Made by a program: the position numbers and the translations under genes. A stretch of 41,760 nt of DNA, from positions 1-41,760 of the forward strand of contig JBBAAJ010000001.1 in NCBI GenBank assembly GCA_041658365.1, read 5' to 3'. Below are positions 1 through 7,215 of the stretch, one piece after another. Below the pieces are notes generated by a model, which saw only the letters and a list, made by a program, of their open reading frames with translations, did no database searches and had not been told where the DNA came from. Origin of the DNA: Candidatus Peribacteraceae bacterium (lineage in GTDB: Bacteria; Patescibacteriota; Gracilibacteria; Peribacterales; Peribacteraceae). Numbering within the stretch: position 1 is the first letter of the stretch; each line of letters begins with the position of its first letter.

Positions 1-1
1 C

Positions 2-94
2 ATTGATTTGAGCGAAACGACATTCAAAACTGTGGACGCCCTTCAGAATCTGAGCCTGCCGAGCGGAGTGGATATTGAGATAAAGATGGGGTAA
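2..94 (+). CDS. 3' end of a gene entering from the left edge (partial; ends ...LSLPSGVDIEIKMG*)
   Basis: The frame is open from the window edge to TAA at 92-94. A repeat and hairpins follow. It is too short to assign a product. Confidence 0.3.
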   Translation: MDLSETTFKTVDALQNLSLPSGVDIEIKMG

Positions 95-102
95 AGGAAT
101 GA

Positions 103-143
103 GGGTTGGGGTTGGGGTTGGGATTAAGGGTGAAGGGTTAGTG
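103..143. repeat. G-rich telomere-like tandem repeat (GGGTT/GGGGTT/GGGTTA units)
   Basis: The sequence reads gggttggggttggggttgggattaagggtgaagggttagtgg. The same family recurs at 8276-8306, 17859-17899 and 32725-32755. Confidence 0.9.
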
Positions 144-184
144 GATCAATGTTCGTTGGCGATAAATATTGAGAGCCAAAGGGG

Positions 185-240
185 GGCGTGCGCCACGGCG
201 GGGGTCTGAGGGCGGACGTTGGCGCACACGCGCTCTTTTT
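185..240 (+). terminator. Candidate intrinsic terminator of the upstream + gene
   Basis: gtgcgcca (188-195) pairs with tggcgcac (220-227). A nested GCGC-acac-GCGC hairpin (222-233) is followed by TCTTTTT (234-240). Confidence 0.4.
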
Positions 241-241
241 G

Positions 242-274
242 GTTCTTTTTCTGTCGCTCGGACAGAAAAAGAAC
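242..274. other. Perfect 14-bp inverted repeat (hairpin, 5-nt loop)
   Basis: gttctttttctgtc (242-255), loop gctcg, gacagaaaaagaac (261-274). The two arms are exact reverse complements. Confidence 0.85.
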
Positions 275-331
275 AGAGTTGAGCCTCGCTTGCTAAACTA
301 GTGATTTGTTATTTCGAATACCTAAGCAGTC

Positions 332-360
332 TTAGAAAAAGCCGTTTTTTGTGTTATAAT
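332..360 (+). promoter_or_regulatory. Sigma70-like promoter with extended -10
   Basis: TTAGAA (332-337), a 17-nt spacer ending in TGT, then TATAAT (355-360). ATG 370 lies 9 nt downstream with no SD. Confidence 0.45.
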
Positions 361-369
361 AAACAGATT

Positions 370-750
370 ATGGTTTCCTACATGCTGCTCTTCGTCAAGT
401 GGTACCTCATAGAGATGCCTCTCAGGATCATCCAGGGCTATGCGCTGTACGCGTGCGCGCTCCTGGATATCGTTCCCTTCGGATTCCTCCTTAAGACCCT
501 TCTCTCGCCATGGAAAAACATCCTCGATCGCACGCCGAGGCGCGGACTTAACCCGCAGCTCCTTTTCGAGGCCTTCTGCTTCAGTCTCCTCGCGCGGGGA
601 GTCGGTTGCGTCGTTCGTATCATCACCATCGCCTTCGGACTCGTACTCCACGCCCTGCTCCTCGGACTCACGGTCCTCTATCTGGTGCTGTGGATCGCTT
701 TCCCGCTGCTTACCGTATGGGGCGTTTTCCTTATTGCTCTGTCGATCTGA
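370..750 (+). CDS. Small polytopic membrane protein (about 126 aa)
   Basis: The product has several hydrophobic helices (LYACALLDIVPFGFLL, RIITIAFGLVLHALLLGLTVLYLVLWIAFPLLTVWGVFLIAL). I set the start at ATG 370 because of the promoter at 332-360. Its TGA (748-750) overlaps ATG 750 of the next gene. Confidence 0.6.
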   Translation: MVSYMLLFVKWYLIEMPLRIIQGYALYACALLDIVPFGFLLKTLLSPWKNILDRTPRRGLNPQLLFEAFCFSLLARGVGCVVRIITIAFGLVLHALLLGLTVLYLVLWIAFPLLTVWGVFLIALSI

Positions 751-3200
751 TGTCTCTCTCCTTCCACGAACTCCGGCAGACGACGCAATTCCTCGCCGTG
801 GAACTCCGGAAAATTTTCTTCCGGCCTCTCTCGGTCGTCCTCTATGTCCTGCTCCTCTCGCCGCTCATGGCGGAAGGCACTCTCCGCCATGACATCCGTT
901 CCCTATGGATCATCGCGGGGCTCTTCTTCGGCTGGCTCTGGGTTCTGCACCATTTCATCTCCGACAAGCTCATCGTCCCCTCCTCCGGTCCGGTGAGAGG
1001 CTTGACGTTCGCGGAAAAGTTGTCCTATCACATGGTGCAGCACCTCTCCACGAAGCCGGAGCTGACTCCCGCGACACTCCTAGAAGCCGCAACGGAGAGT
1101 GACCGTGGGCTCTTCGTCCTCCATCAGATCGATCTCGACCGGCAAGCGATTCTCGCCACTATCCACGAACACCCTCTGGACTGCCCCCTCGAAACCTGCC
1201 TTCAGTGGATCGCCGATGCGGGCACGGAGCTGGGCACGGAGCAGTTCGATTCCACGGCGACGATCTACGCCTTCCTGACGCACGTCCCCTGTCTCCAGGA
1301 GCTGGTGTACAAGGCGGACTTAAGTCTCGAGGACTTGAAGAGCGTCCTCCGTGCCGAGGCATTCCACTTCTATCTGCACGAGCGCAAGCGCCACTTCCTG
1401 AGTCCGGAAGCGCTCGTCAGGATCATGGGCTCCATCGGCCGCTCGTGGGTCATCGGCTACAACACGGCGCTGGAGCGTCTCACCCGGAATCTCTCGGAAA
1501 TGATTTTGAGCAAGGAACGCTCCATCATGATCCACCGCGACACGCTCAAGACCATGGAACAGGTCTTCACGGGGGGCGGCGGGGCCACGTCGGTCACGAC
1601 CGACAGTGGCGGGACCAACCTGCTCCTGCTCGGGAATACCGGCACCGGGAAACGGACGCTGATCCGGAACCTCGCCTACATCCTGCGCCGCGAGGAAATC
1701 GAGCGCGGCGAGGCCTTCACGGATGTCTTGCTCCTCAAGACCGCGCTGCTCCTGTCCGGATCGGCGCAGAGCGACAGGGATTTCTTGAAGGCCGCGGAAG
1801 ACACGTCGCAGGGCGGCCGATTCATCTTGGTCATCGAGGACACGTCGATGTTCCTGAAGGCCGCCGATCCGCGGCTCAAGCAAATCCTCTTGACACTCCT
1901 TCAGAGCAAGAACGTGCGGGTCGCCTGCGCAGCGGATACGGCCGAGTACCACACACTCATCAAAACCGACCCTTTGATCGACAATCTCTTCAAGAAAGTG
2001 TACCTCGAGGACTCCTCCGACATGGAATCCATGGCCGTCCTGCTGGAGGAATATTTCAGTCTGGAGCACAGACGCCGGGTCAGGATGTCGTACCGAGCCC
2101 TCAAGATCCTGCTGGAACTCTGCAAGCAGTACATCAGTCGCATCGGCCTTCCGGGCAAAGCTGTGGATGTCCTGCGCGAAACGGTCATGAGAGTCCGTGG
2201 GAGCGGGAAAACAACCATCACAGAGGAGGATGTACGCGAGACGATCTCGGAGCGCACCCGCATCGATGTCCGCGCCCTCTCCGACCGCGATAAAGACGCG
2301 CTGATGCATCTGAAGGAACGGCTCCAGGAGCACATTATCGGTCAGGAACAGGCGCTCTCTGGCCTGGTCGCCGCTCTCAAGCGCGGACGGCTGAATCTTC
2401 AAGTGCGCAAGCGTCCCATCGGCACGTTCCTGTTCCTCGGGAGCACCGGCGTCGGGAAGACGGAGACGGCGAAGGCGCTCGCCACGGAGTACTTCGGCAG
2501 CGCCGAGAGTTTCATCCGGGTGGATATGAACGAACTCGCAGACGAGAGCGGCATGCAGACATTGATCGGCGGACCGACCGACAGAGGTTTCGTCGAGGGA
2601 GTCCTGACCAAACGGGTCTTGGACAGACCGTTCTCGCTGGTGCTCTTCGACGAAATCGAGAAGGCACATCCAAAGGTGCGAAATGTCCTCCTGCAGGTTC
2701 TCGATGAAGGAACACTCATCGACGGGCAGGGCATGAAGACCAACTTCAAGAACACCATCATCATCGCCACCTCGAACGCCGGCGTCCACTGGCTGAAAGA
2801 TCACCAGATCCCCCAAGCCCCCGGGGAGAAGGATGCTTTCCGGCTCGCCCTCATCGACGCCATCGTGGCGGAGCGCGTCTTCTCCACGGAATTCGTCAAC
2901 CGTTTCGACGAAGTGATCCTCTTCTCCCCTCCGACGGCGGAGGAAGTGAAGAAGATCGCGATCCTGATGCTCGGGAGCATCGTTGCCGATGTCCGATCGC
3001 AGCGCGGCATCGAGATCACCGTCGAGCCGGCGGTCATCGACCTGCTCGCGGTGCGCGGCTTCAACCCGGAGTTCGGCGCGCGCGAAATGCGCCGGACCAT
3101 CACGCAGACGATTGAAAATTATCTGGCGGATTATCTGCTCAGTCACACGGTGAAACGGGGGGATACGATCATGATACGGAGAGAGGACTTGAAGGCGTGA
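750..3200 (+). CDS. Clp/Hsp100-family double AAA+ ATPase with an N-terminal membrane anchor and a degenerate first module
   Basis: D2 is canonical: Walker A FLFLGSTGVGKTE and Walker B LVLFDEIEKAH, plus NTIIIATSN. D1 is recognisable (LLLLGNTGTGKR, FILVIEDTS, GLPGKAVDVLRE). The N-terminus has hydrophobic helices (LSVVLYVLLLSPL, LWIIAGLFFGWLWVL). The start is ATG 750 in a TGATG overlap. The ORF-track start at 606 lies inside the previous gene. Confidence 0.9.
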   Translation: MSLSFHELRQTTQFLAVELRKIFFRPLSVVLYVLLLSPLMAEGTLRHDIRSLWIIAGLFFGWLWVLHHFISDKLIVPSSGPVRGLTFAEKLSYHMVQHLSTKPELTPATLLEAATESDRGLFVLHQIDLDRQAILATIHEHPLDCPLETCLQWIADAGTELGTEQFDSTATIYAFLTHVPCLQELVYKADLSLEDLKSVLRAEAFHFYLHERKRHFLSPEALVRIMGSIGRSWVIGYNTALERLTRNLSEMILSKERSIMIHRDTLKTMEQVFTGGGGATSVTTDSGGTNLLLLGNTGTGKRTLIRNLAYILRREEIERGEAFTDVLLLKTALLLSGSAQSDRDFLKAAEDTSQGGRFILVIEDTSMFLKAADPRLKQILLTLLQSKNVRVACAADTAEYHTLIKTDPLIDNLFKKVYLEDSSDMESMAVLLEEYFSLEHRRRVRMSYRALKILLELCKQYISRIGLPGKAVDVLRETVMRVRGSGKTTITEEDVRETISERTRIDVRALSDRDKDALMHLKERLQEHIIGQEQALSGLVAALKRGRLNLQVRKRPIGTFLFLGSTGVGKTETAKALATEYFGSAESFIRVDMNELADESGMQTLIGGPTDRGFVEGVLTKRVLDRPFSLVLFDEIEKAHPKVRNVLLQVLDEGTLIDGQGMKTNFKNTIIIATSNAGVHWLKDHQIPQAPGEKDAFRLALIDAIVAERVFSTEFVNRFDEVILFSPPTAEEVKKIAILMLGSIVADVRSQRGIEITVEPAVIDLLAVRGFNPEFGAREMRRTITQTIENYLADYLLSHTVKRGDTIMIRREDLKA

Positions 3201-3206
3201 TTTGTT

Positions 3207-3899
3207 TCACTTCCACCCCTTCACCTTGAGCGCTTCTTTCGCGGCTTCCTGCTCGGCCTTCTGCTTGGTATTCCCCTTCCCCACCGCCACCTTCTCCTCG
3301 CCGATGAACACGGCGCAGGTGAAGAGCTTCAGGTGATCGGGGCCCGCTTCCGAGAGGGACTGGTAGGTGGGGGTGATGCCCGTTTTCTCCTGCGCCAGCT
3401 CCTGGAAGACGCTCTTCTCGTCCCGATGGCGCCCCTTGGCGAGGAGCTGTTTCAAGTGCGTGATGATGAACGTATGGACGAACTGGCGCGCGACCTCCAA
3501 TCCCTGATCCAGGAACAACGCACCGATGAAGGCCTCCAGCGCGTTGGCGAGTGTCGATTGTTTCGTCCGGCCATCGCTCGCCTCCTCGCCACGGCTGAGG
3601 AACAGGTAATCGCCGAAGTGAAGCTCACGGGCGACTTCGTAGAGGTGGTTCCCCTGCACAAGGGCCGATCGCCAGTTCGTGAGCTCTCCCTCCGGCTTGT
3701 CCGTAAGTTCGAAGAGATACTCGGTGGTGATGAGCTGGAGGACGGCATCCCCCAGAAATTCGAGCCGCTCATTGTTGCCGTGGCGTGCACGTTCGTGGAT
3801 CGCCGAGCGGTGCGTGAAGGCCTGATACAGCAGCTCCTTGTTGCGAAACCGGAAACCGACGATCCGTTCGAGACCGGCGAGGGAAGTGGGGTTGGGCAT
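3207..3899 (-). CDS. rnc: Ribonuclease III
   Basis: The RNase III signature NERLEFLGDAVL is present, and a C-terminal dsRBD-like tail reads GKGNTKQKAEQEAAKEAL. I set the start at ATG 3899 (MPNPTSLAGLE). Confidence 0.95.
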   Translation of the reverse strand: MPNPTSLAGLERIVGFRFRNKELLYQAFTHRSAIHERARHGNNERLEFLGDAVLQLITTEYLFELTDKPEGELTNWRSALVQGNHLYEVARELHFGDYLFLSRGEEASDGRTKQSTLANALEAFIGALFLDQGLEVARQFVHTFIITHLKQLLAKGRHRDEKSVFQELAQEKTGITPTYQSLSEAGPDHLKLFTCAVFIGEEKVAVGKGNTKQKAEQEAAKEALKVKGWK

Positions 3900-3958
3900 A
3901 GATAAATCTAGTTTACAGGCTGCATGGCTAGCATGCATACACCGCAGTTTCGCTTGCG

Positions 3959-3990
3959 AACCATATAACCATGTAACCATGTAACCATGC
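3959..3990. repeat. Tandem 8-mer AACCATRT x4 in the nusB-rnc spacer
   Basis: The sequence reads aaccatat aaccatgt aaccatgt aaccatgc. Confidence 0.9.
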
Positions 3991-3995
3991 AATCG

Positions 3996-4427
3996 TTATC
4001 CCACTTGCTTCTGATCCCCTCTGTGCGCCAGGGCATTCAGTACACCATTCACGAACTTCGCGCTCTCGGAGGTCCCGTACTCTTTGGCAATTTCGATTGC
4101 CTCGTTCATCACCACCGCAGGGGGCACGTCGGCACAGAACATGAGCTCGAACGCCCCGATCATGAGGATCGATCTGGTGATCGTGTCCATCCGCTCGAGC
4201 GGCCACTCCGGAGCATGCGTCTGAATCCCACTGCGCACCATTTCCCAGTGCTCTCCTACACCCTTCAGGAGCTTCTCGCAGAACGGAATATCCACCGCTT
4301 CACCCCCTCCGGCCTCCGCGATGTTCTTCTGGAGCGAACTCTGCTCATCGATGAGGCGCACCTGCATCTCGAAGACCGTCTGCATGACCACGATACGTGC
4401 GAGACGACGACGGGAGGGCATAAGCAA
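3996..4427 (-). CDS. nusB: Transcription antitermination factor NusB
   Basis: The N-terminus SRRRLARIVVMQTVFEMQ and the tail VVMNEAIEIAKEYGTSESAKFVNGVL are typical of NusB. Its size of 143 aa also fits. Confidence 0.9.
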   Translation of the reverse strand: MLMPSRRRLARIVVMQTVFEMQVRLIDEQSSLQKNIAEAGGGEAVDIPFCEKLLKGVGEHWEMVRSGIQTHAPEWPLERMDTITRSILMIGAFELMFCADVPPAVVMNEAIEIAKEYGTSESAKFVNGVLNALAHRGDQKQVG

Positions 4428-4463
4428 TGGTGGAATTGAACGACTTATAGCTACTCAACCCCG

Positions 4464-4495
4464 ATTGCTAAATTGCTAAATTGTTAAATTGTTTG
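4464..4495. repeat. Tandem 8-mer ATTGCTAA x~4 in the rpmF-nusB spacer
   Basis: The sequence reads attgctaa attgctaa attgttaa attgtttg. Confidence 0.9.
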
Positions 4496-4556
4496 CACGC
4501 ATCCGCCGACGTTCTTGCTTGCTAACCAATTTAACATATCGTATCACAGCTGAGGC

Positions 4557-4742
4557 TCACGCTTTCACCCTCGTAATTTTCTTCAGTGCCTTTCCACTGC
4601 GGTCTTTCGCTGTAGCGGGGCCAGCAAATGGTGAAGAGGAGAAGTTCCTGAGACGAACGATCTCTTTGCCGAGGTACACGGAGTGGCGGCGCCGGCTTCG
4701 ATCCTTACTGAGCCGCTTCTTGGGTGTGGGACGCTTGGCCAT
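4557..4742 (-). CDS. rpmF: 50S ribosomal protein L32
   Basis: The N-terminus MAKRPTPKKRLSKDRSRRRHS is L32-like. The product is a small basic protein of 61 aa. Confidence 0.8.
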   Translation of the reverse strand: MAKRPTPKKRLSKDRSRRRHSVYLGKEIVRLRNFSSSPFAGPATAKDRSGKALKKITRVKA

Positions 4743-4763
4743 AGCGGGGATAAGCTACAGACG

Positions 4764-4867
4764 AAAATGTAAAATGTACAATGAAAATGTACAATGAAGT
4801 GTAATCCACAGCTTCAGCTCAACCCCTCGCGTCATCAATCTCATTCTACATTGTACATTGTACATTC
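4764..4867. repeat. Inverted pair of tandem repeats (AAAATGTACAATG x2 and ACATTGT x3) forming a long hairpin
   Basis: aatgtacaatg in the left arm (4764-4797) is the reverse complement of cattgtacatt in the right arm (4845-4867). The right arm ends at the BI-1 stop codon (4868-4870). Confidence 0.85.
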
Positions 4868-5575
4868 TTACCGCCTCTGTCCGCTGAGCGCCATCATGAA
4901 GCGGAGAACGTAGAGGAAGAGGTTGAAGATATCGAGATACAGGGAGAGGGCGAGGAGGAACGGCGATTCACCGAGTGATGCATCGCGCTGCAGGCGCTGG
5001 ATGTCATACGCGAGGAAAAGCGCGAAGACGATGATCCCCGCTCCCGAGACGATCATTTCGATGGCCGGTCCGCGCATGGCCGGAATGAAGAGCTGCAGAA
5101 GGCCGAAGACGAGGAGGCCGATGAGCGCGTTGAAGAGGAAACGCCCCGAGATACCGCCGAGGTTCGCCGAGGCGATATTCGCAACCACCGCCGATGCAGC
5201 CACCAGGAGGGCCGAGGAGACGACCGCATTCAGGAGGATGGAAGCGCCATTGACGTACCCCGTGAGGACCCCGATGAGGATGGGGGTCAGCGTGAGCCCG
5301 GACAGGAAGGGGAAGAGCGCGAAGAGCACGTAGTTGAGCGGAGGCGATCGCACCCATGCCCGCGCCGAGAACACGAGCACCACTTCGGCGAGGAAGAAAG
5401 CAAAGATCCAGCCGGACGCGATGATGGGCATGGCGAAGGTCATTCCGGCGAAGACACCGACAAGAGTCATAACCATGGCGAATGTCATGAGCCAGTACGC
5501 CTGCGCTACCCACCGTCTCAAAATAACCGGCGACGAGACCTGTGATATGGGCATGGATGGCTGAAACATGCGCAT
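4868..5575 (-). CDS. Bax inhibitor-1/YccA family membrane protein
   Basis: About seven TM helices. The family-typical C-terminus reads SLYLDIFNLFLYVLRFMMAL. The true start may be the in-frame ATG at 5569, given the TATAAG box at 5578-5583. Confidence 0.85.
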   Translation of the reverse strand: MRMFQPSMPISQVSSPVILRRWVAQAYWLMTFAMVMTLVGVFAGMTFAMPIIASGWIFAFFLAEVVLVFSARAWVRSPPLNYVLFALFPFLSGLTLTPILIGVLTGYVNGASILLNAVVSSALLVAASAVVANIASANLGGISGRFLFNALIGLLVFGLLQLFIPAMRGPAIEMIVSGAGIIVFALFLAYDIQRLQRDASLGESPFLLALSLYLDIFNLFLYVLRFMMALSGQRR

Positions 5576-5604
5576 ATCTTATACTTTTTGGACAAGTCGA
5601 CAAG

Positions 5605-5633
5605 TTGTTTTGCCACTATTTCTGTGCTATAAT
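5605..5633 (+). promoter_or_regulatory. Sigma70-like promoter with extended -10
   Basis: TTGTTT (5605-5610), a 17-nt spacer, then TGcTATAAT (5625-5633). ATG 5644 lies 10 nt downstream. Confidence 0.5.
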
Positions 5634-5643
5634 CGTTAGATTT

Positions 5644-6396
5644 ATGCGCTCTAAGTCGCGCTCCATCGGTTTTGTCCTCATAGCGGGATTCCTCCTCACG
5701 CCGCAGACCGGCAGTGCGGCGGGCGGGGCAGCCGCACTGAGCGTGTTCATCCAGAACCATATCCTCAACCAGGCGCTGATCGCGTTCGGCGGTATCGTCG
5801 CCGCCGCGGTGTTCTACTACGCCGTACGGATGATCGTAAATTCACAGAGCGAAAGCTCGTACTCGGAGCTCAGGAATTCTTTCGTACACACGTTCACCGG
5901 CCTCGTCGTCATCGGCTGTGCGGCCGGTATCGCCAATGCGTTCTACACGATGACACCCAATCCGCTCATCCTAGGCATCACGAGCGTCACCGACTACATC
6001 CTCACCGGTGCGGCGGGCGTCTTCACTCTCATGGTGACCATCGCAGGCATCGGGATGGTGACATCGCAGGGAGACGAAGGGGCGTTCTCGAAATGGCGGA
6101 AAGTTATGATCGGAAACATCATCGGAACCGTCATCATGCTCCTCGCGGCCACCATCGTGAATGCCGTGACAAGTCGCAATCCGTTCCTTGTGACCAGCGA
6201 GCTCGCGGGGATCTCGCTCTTCCTCCTCCAAATCATCGGATTCGTCTGCGTCATCGCGCTCATCGTCGCCGGCATCCTCCTCATCGTATCCATCGATGAG
6301 TCGCTTCGCGACAGGGCCAAACGCATCATCATCGGCACGCTCATCGCACTCGCCCTCCTCATCGCCTCCTACACGCTCATCGCGACTTTCGTCTAG
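5644..6396 (+). CDS. Secreted polytopic membrane protein with three VirB2/TrbC-pilin-like hairpin modules
   Basis: Signal peptide MRSKSRSIGFVLIAGFLLTPQTGSAAG. Three repeats follow of TM helix, S/T-x-x-D/E-E loop, K/R, TM helix. The loops read VNSQSESSYSELR, VTSQGDEGAFSKWRK and VSIDESLRDRAKR. The pilin similarity is pattern recognition only. Confidence 0.75.
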   Translation: MRSKSRSIGFVLIAGFLLTPQTGSAAGGAAALSVFIQNHILNQALIAFGGIVAAAVFYYAVRMIVNSQSESSYSELRNSFVHTFTGLVVIGCAAGIANAFYTMTPNPLILGITSVTDYILTGAAGVFTLMVTIAGIGMVTSQGDEGAFSKWRKVMIGNIIGTVIMLLAATIVNAVTSRNPFLVTSELAGISLFLLQIIGFVCVIALIVAGILLIVSIDESLRDRAKRIIIGTLIALALLIASYTLIATFV

Positions 6397-6399
6397 GAC

Positions 6400-7215
6400 A
6401 TGCGCAGGCTCCCCACACTCCTCCGGCTCATCACATTCGGCTCGCTCCTCGCGCTGCCGTTTCCCGCGTATGCCACGGGAGCGGACATCGGTAATATGTT
6501 CCTCAACCTCGTCACGGTATTCGTTCCTATCGTGATCCCCATAGCCATCCTCGTCGTGGTGATCTCCGGCTTCATCCTCATGACCTCGCAGGATGAAGCG
6601 GCTCTCACGAAAGCACAGAGCGCCATCATCGCCGCCGCCATAGGCGGTATCATCGCGACGATCATCGTCGCCGTCGGCCCGCTCAACTTCATTAGCAACC
6701 TCTACAACGGCGTCGCCGGCTATTTTATCAACCCTGTTACGGGCGGAGATATCGGCTGGGAAGCGCGGGGAATCGCCGATTGGTTGGCGACGATGGCGGC
6801 GATGGGCGGCATCGTGACGATCATCGTCGCCGTCCTGCGCGCGGCAGCGAGCTTCGGCGGGGACGAGGCGGCGTACTCGGCGGTACGCAACTCCATCCTC
6901 CATGTCATCATCGGGTTCATCATCATCGGCGGTGCATACATCTTCGAACTGGTGTTCTTCGTCGACCGCGAGCCGAGCCCCCTCCTTCTGCTCATTCAGT
7001 TTCGCGTCGAACAAATTCTCTTCGTCATCACCACCATTGCGGTGGCCATCCTCATCTATGCAGGACTCCGGATGGTGATCAGCTTCGGGAAAGAGGACGA
7101 GTTCACCTCCGCGAAATCGCTGGCCATCCGCGTCGTCATCGGTCTCGCCATCGTCCTCCTAAGTTACGTCCTCGTGAACGGAGTCGTCCTTCTCTTCAAC
7201 GGAACCCTGATATAG
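6400..7215 (+). CDS. Paralog of the previous gene with three VirB2/TrbC-pilin-like modules
   Basis: Signal peptide MRRLPTLLRLITFGSLLALPFPAYATG. The repeats read LMTSQDEAALTKAQ, ASFGGDEAAYSAVRN and ISFGKEDEFTSAKS, each flanked by hydrophobic helices. It starts 3 nt after the previous stop. Its 3' end overlaps folP by 20 nt (convergent). Confidence 0.75.
   Translation: MRRLPTLLRLITFGSLLALPFPAYATGADIGNMFLNLVTVFVPIVIPIAILVVVISGFILMTSQDEAALTKAQSAIIAAAIGGIIATIIVAVGPLNFISNLYNGVAGYFINPVTGGDIGWEARGIADWLATMAAMGGIVTIIVAVLRAAASFGGDEAAYSAVRNSILHVIIGFIIIGGAYIFELVFFVDREPSPLLLLIQFRVEQILFVITTIAVAILIYAGLRMVISFGKEDEFTSAKSLAIRVVIGLAIVLLSYVLVNGVVLLFNGTLI

Noticed and set aside
103-143. True chromosome or linear-replicon telomere
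   Set aside because: The TTAGGG-like tracts are 30-40 nt, internal, flanked by ordinary genes on both sides, and occur four times in the window. This is not consistent with a chromosome end.
1320-3146. 608-aa ORF on the minus strand
   Set aside because: It is fully antisense to the Clp/Hsp100 gene. The product is Arg/Asp/Glu/Gly-rich with no motifs. This is a typical long shadow ORF of high-GC DNA.
3959-4867. CRISPR array as an explanation for the short repeats
   Set aside because: Units are 7-13 nt and directly abutting, with no spacers and only 2-5 copies. There are no cas genes. These are simple tandem repeats.
5971-7014. 347-aa Asp/Glu/Arg-rich ORF on the minus strand
   Set aside because: It is antisense to the two pilin-like genes. 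The extreme acidic low complexity mirrors the Ile/Val/Ala-rich sense frame. It has no start context.
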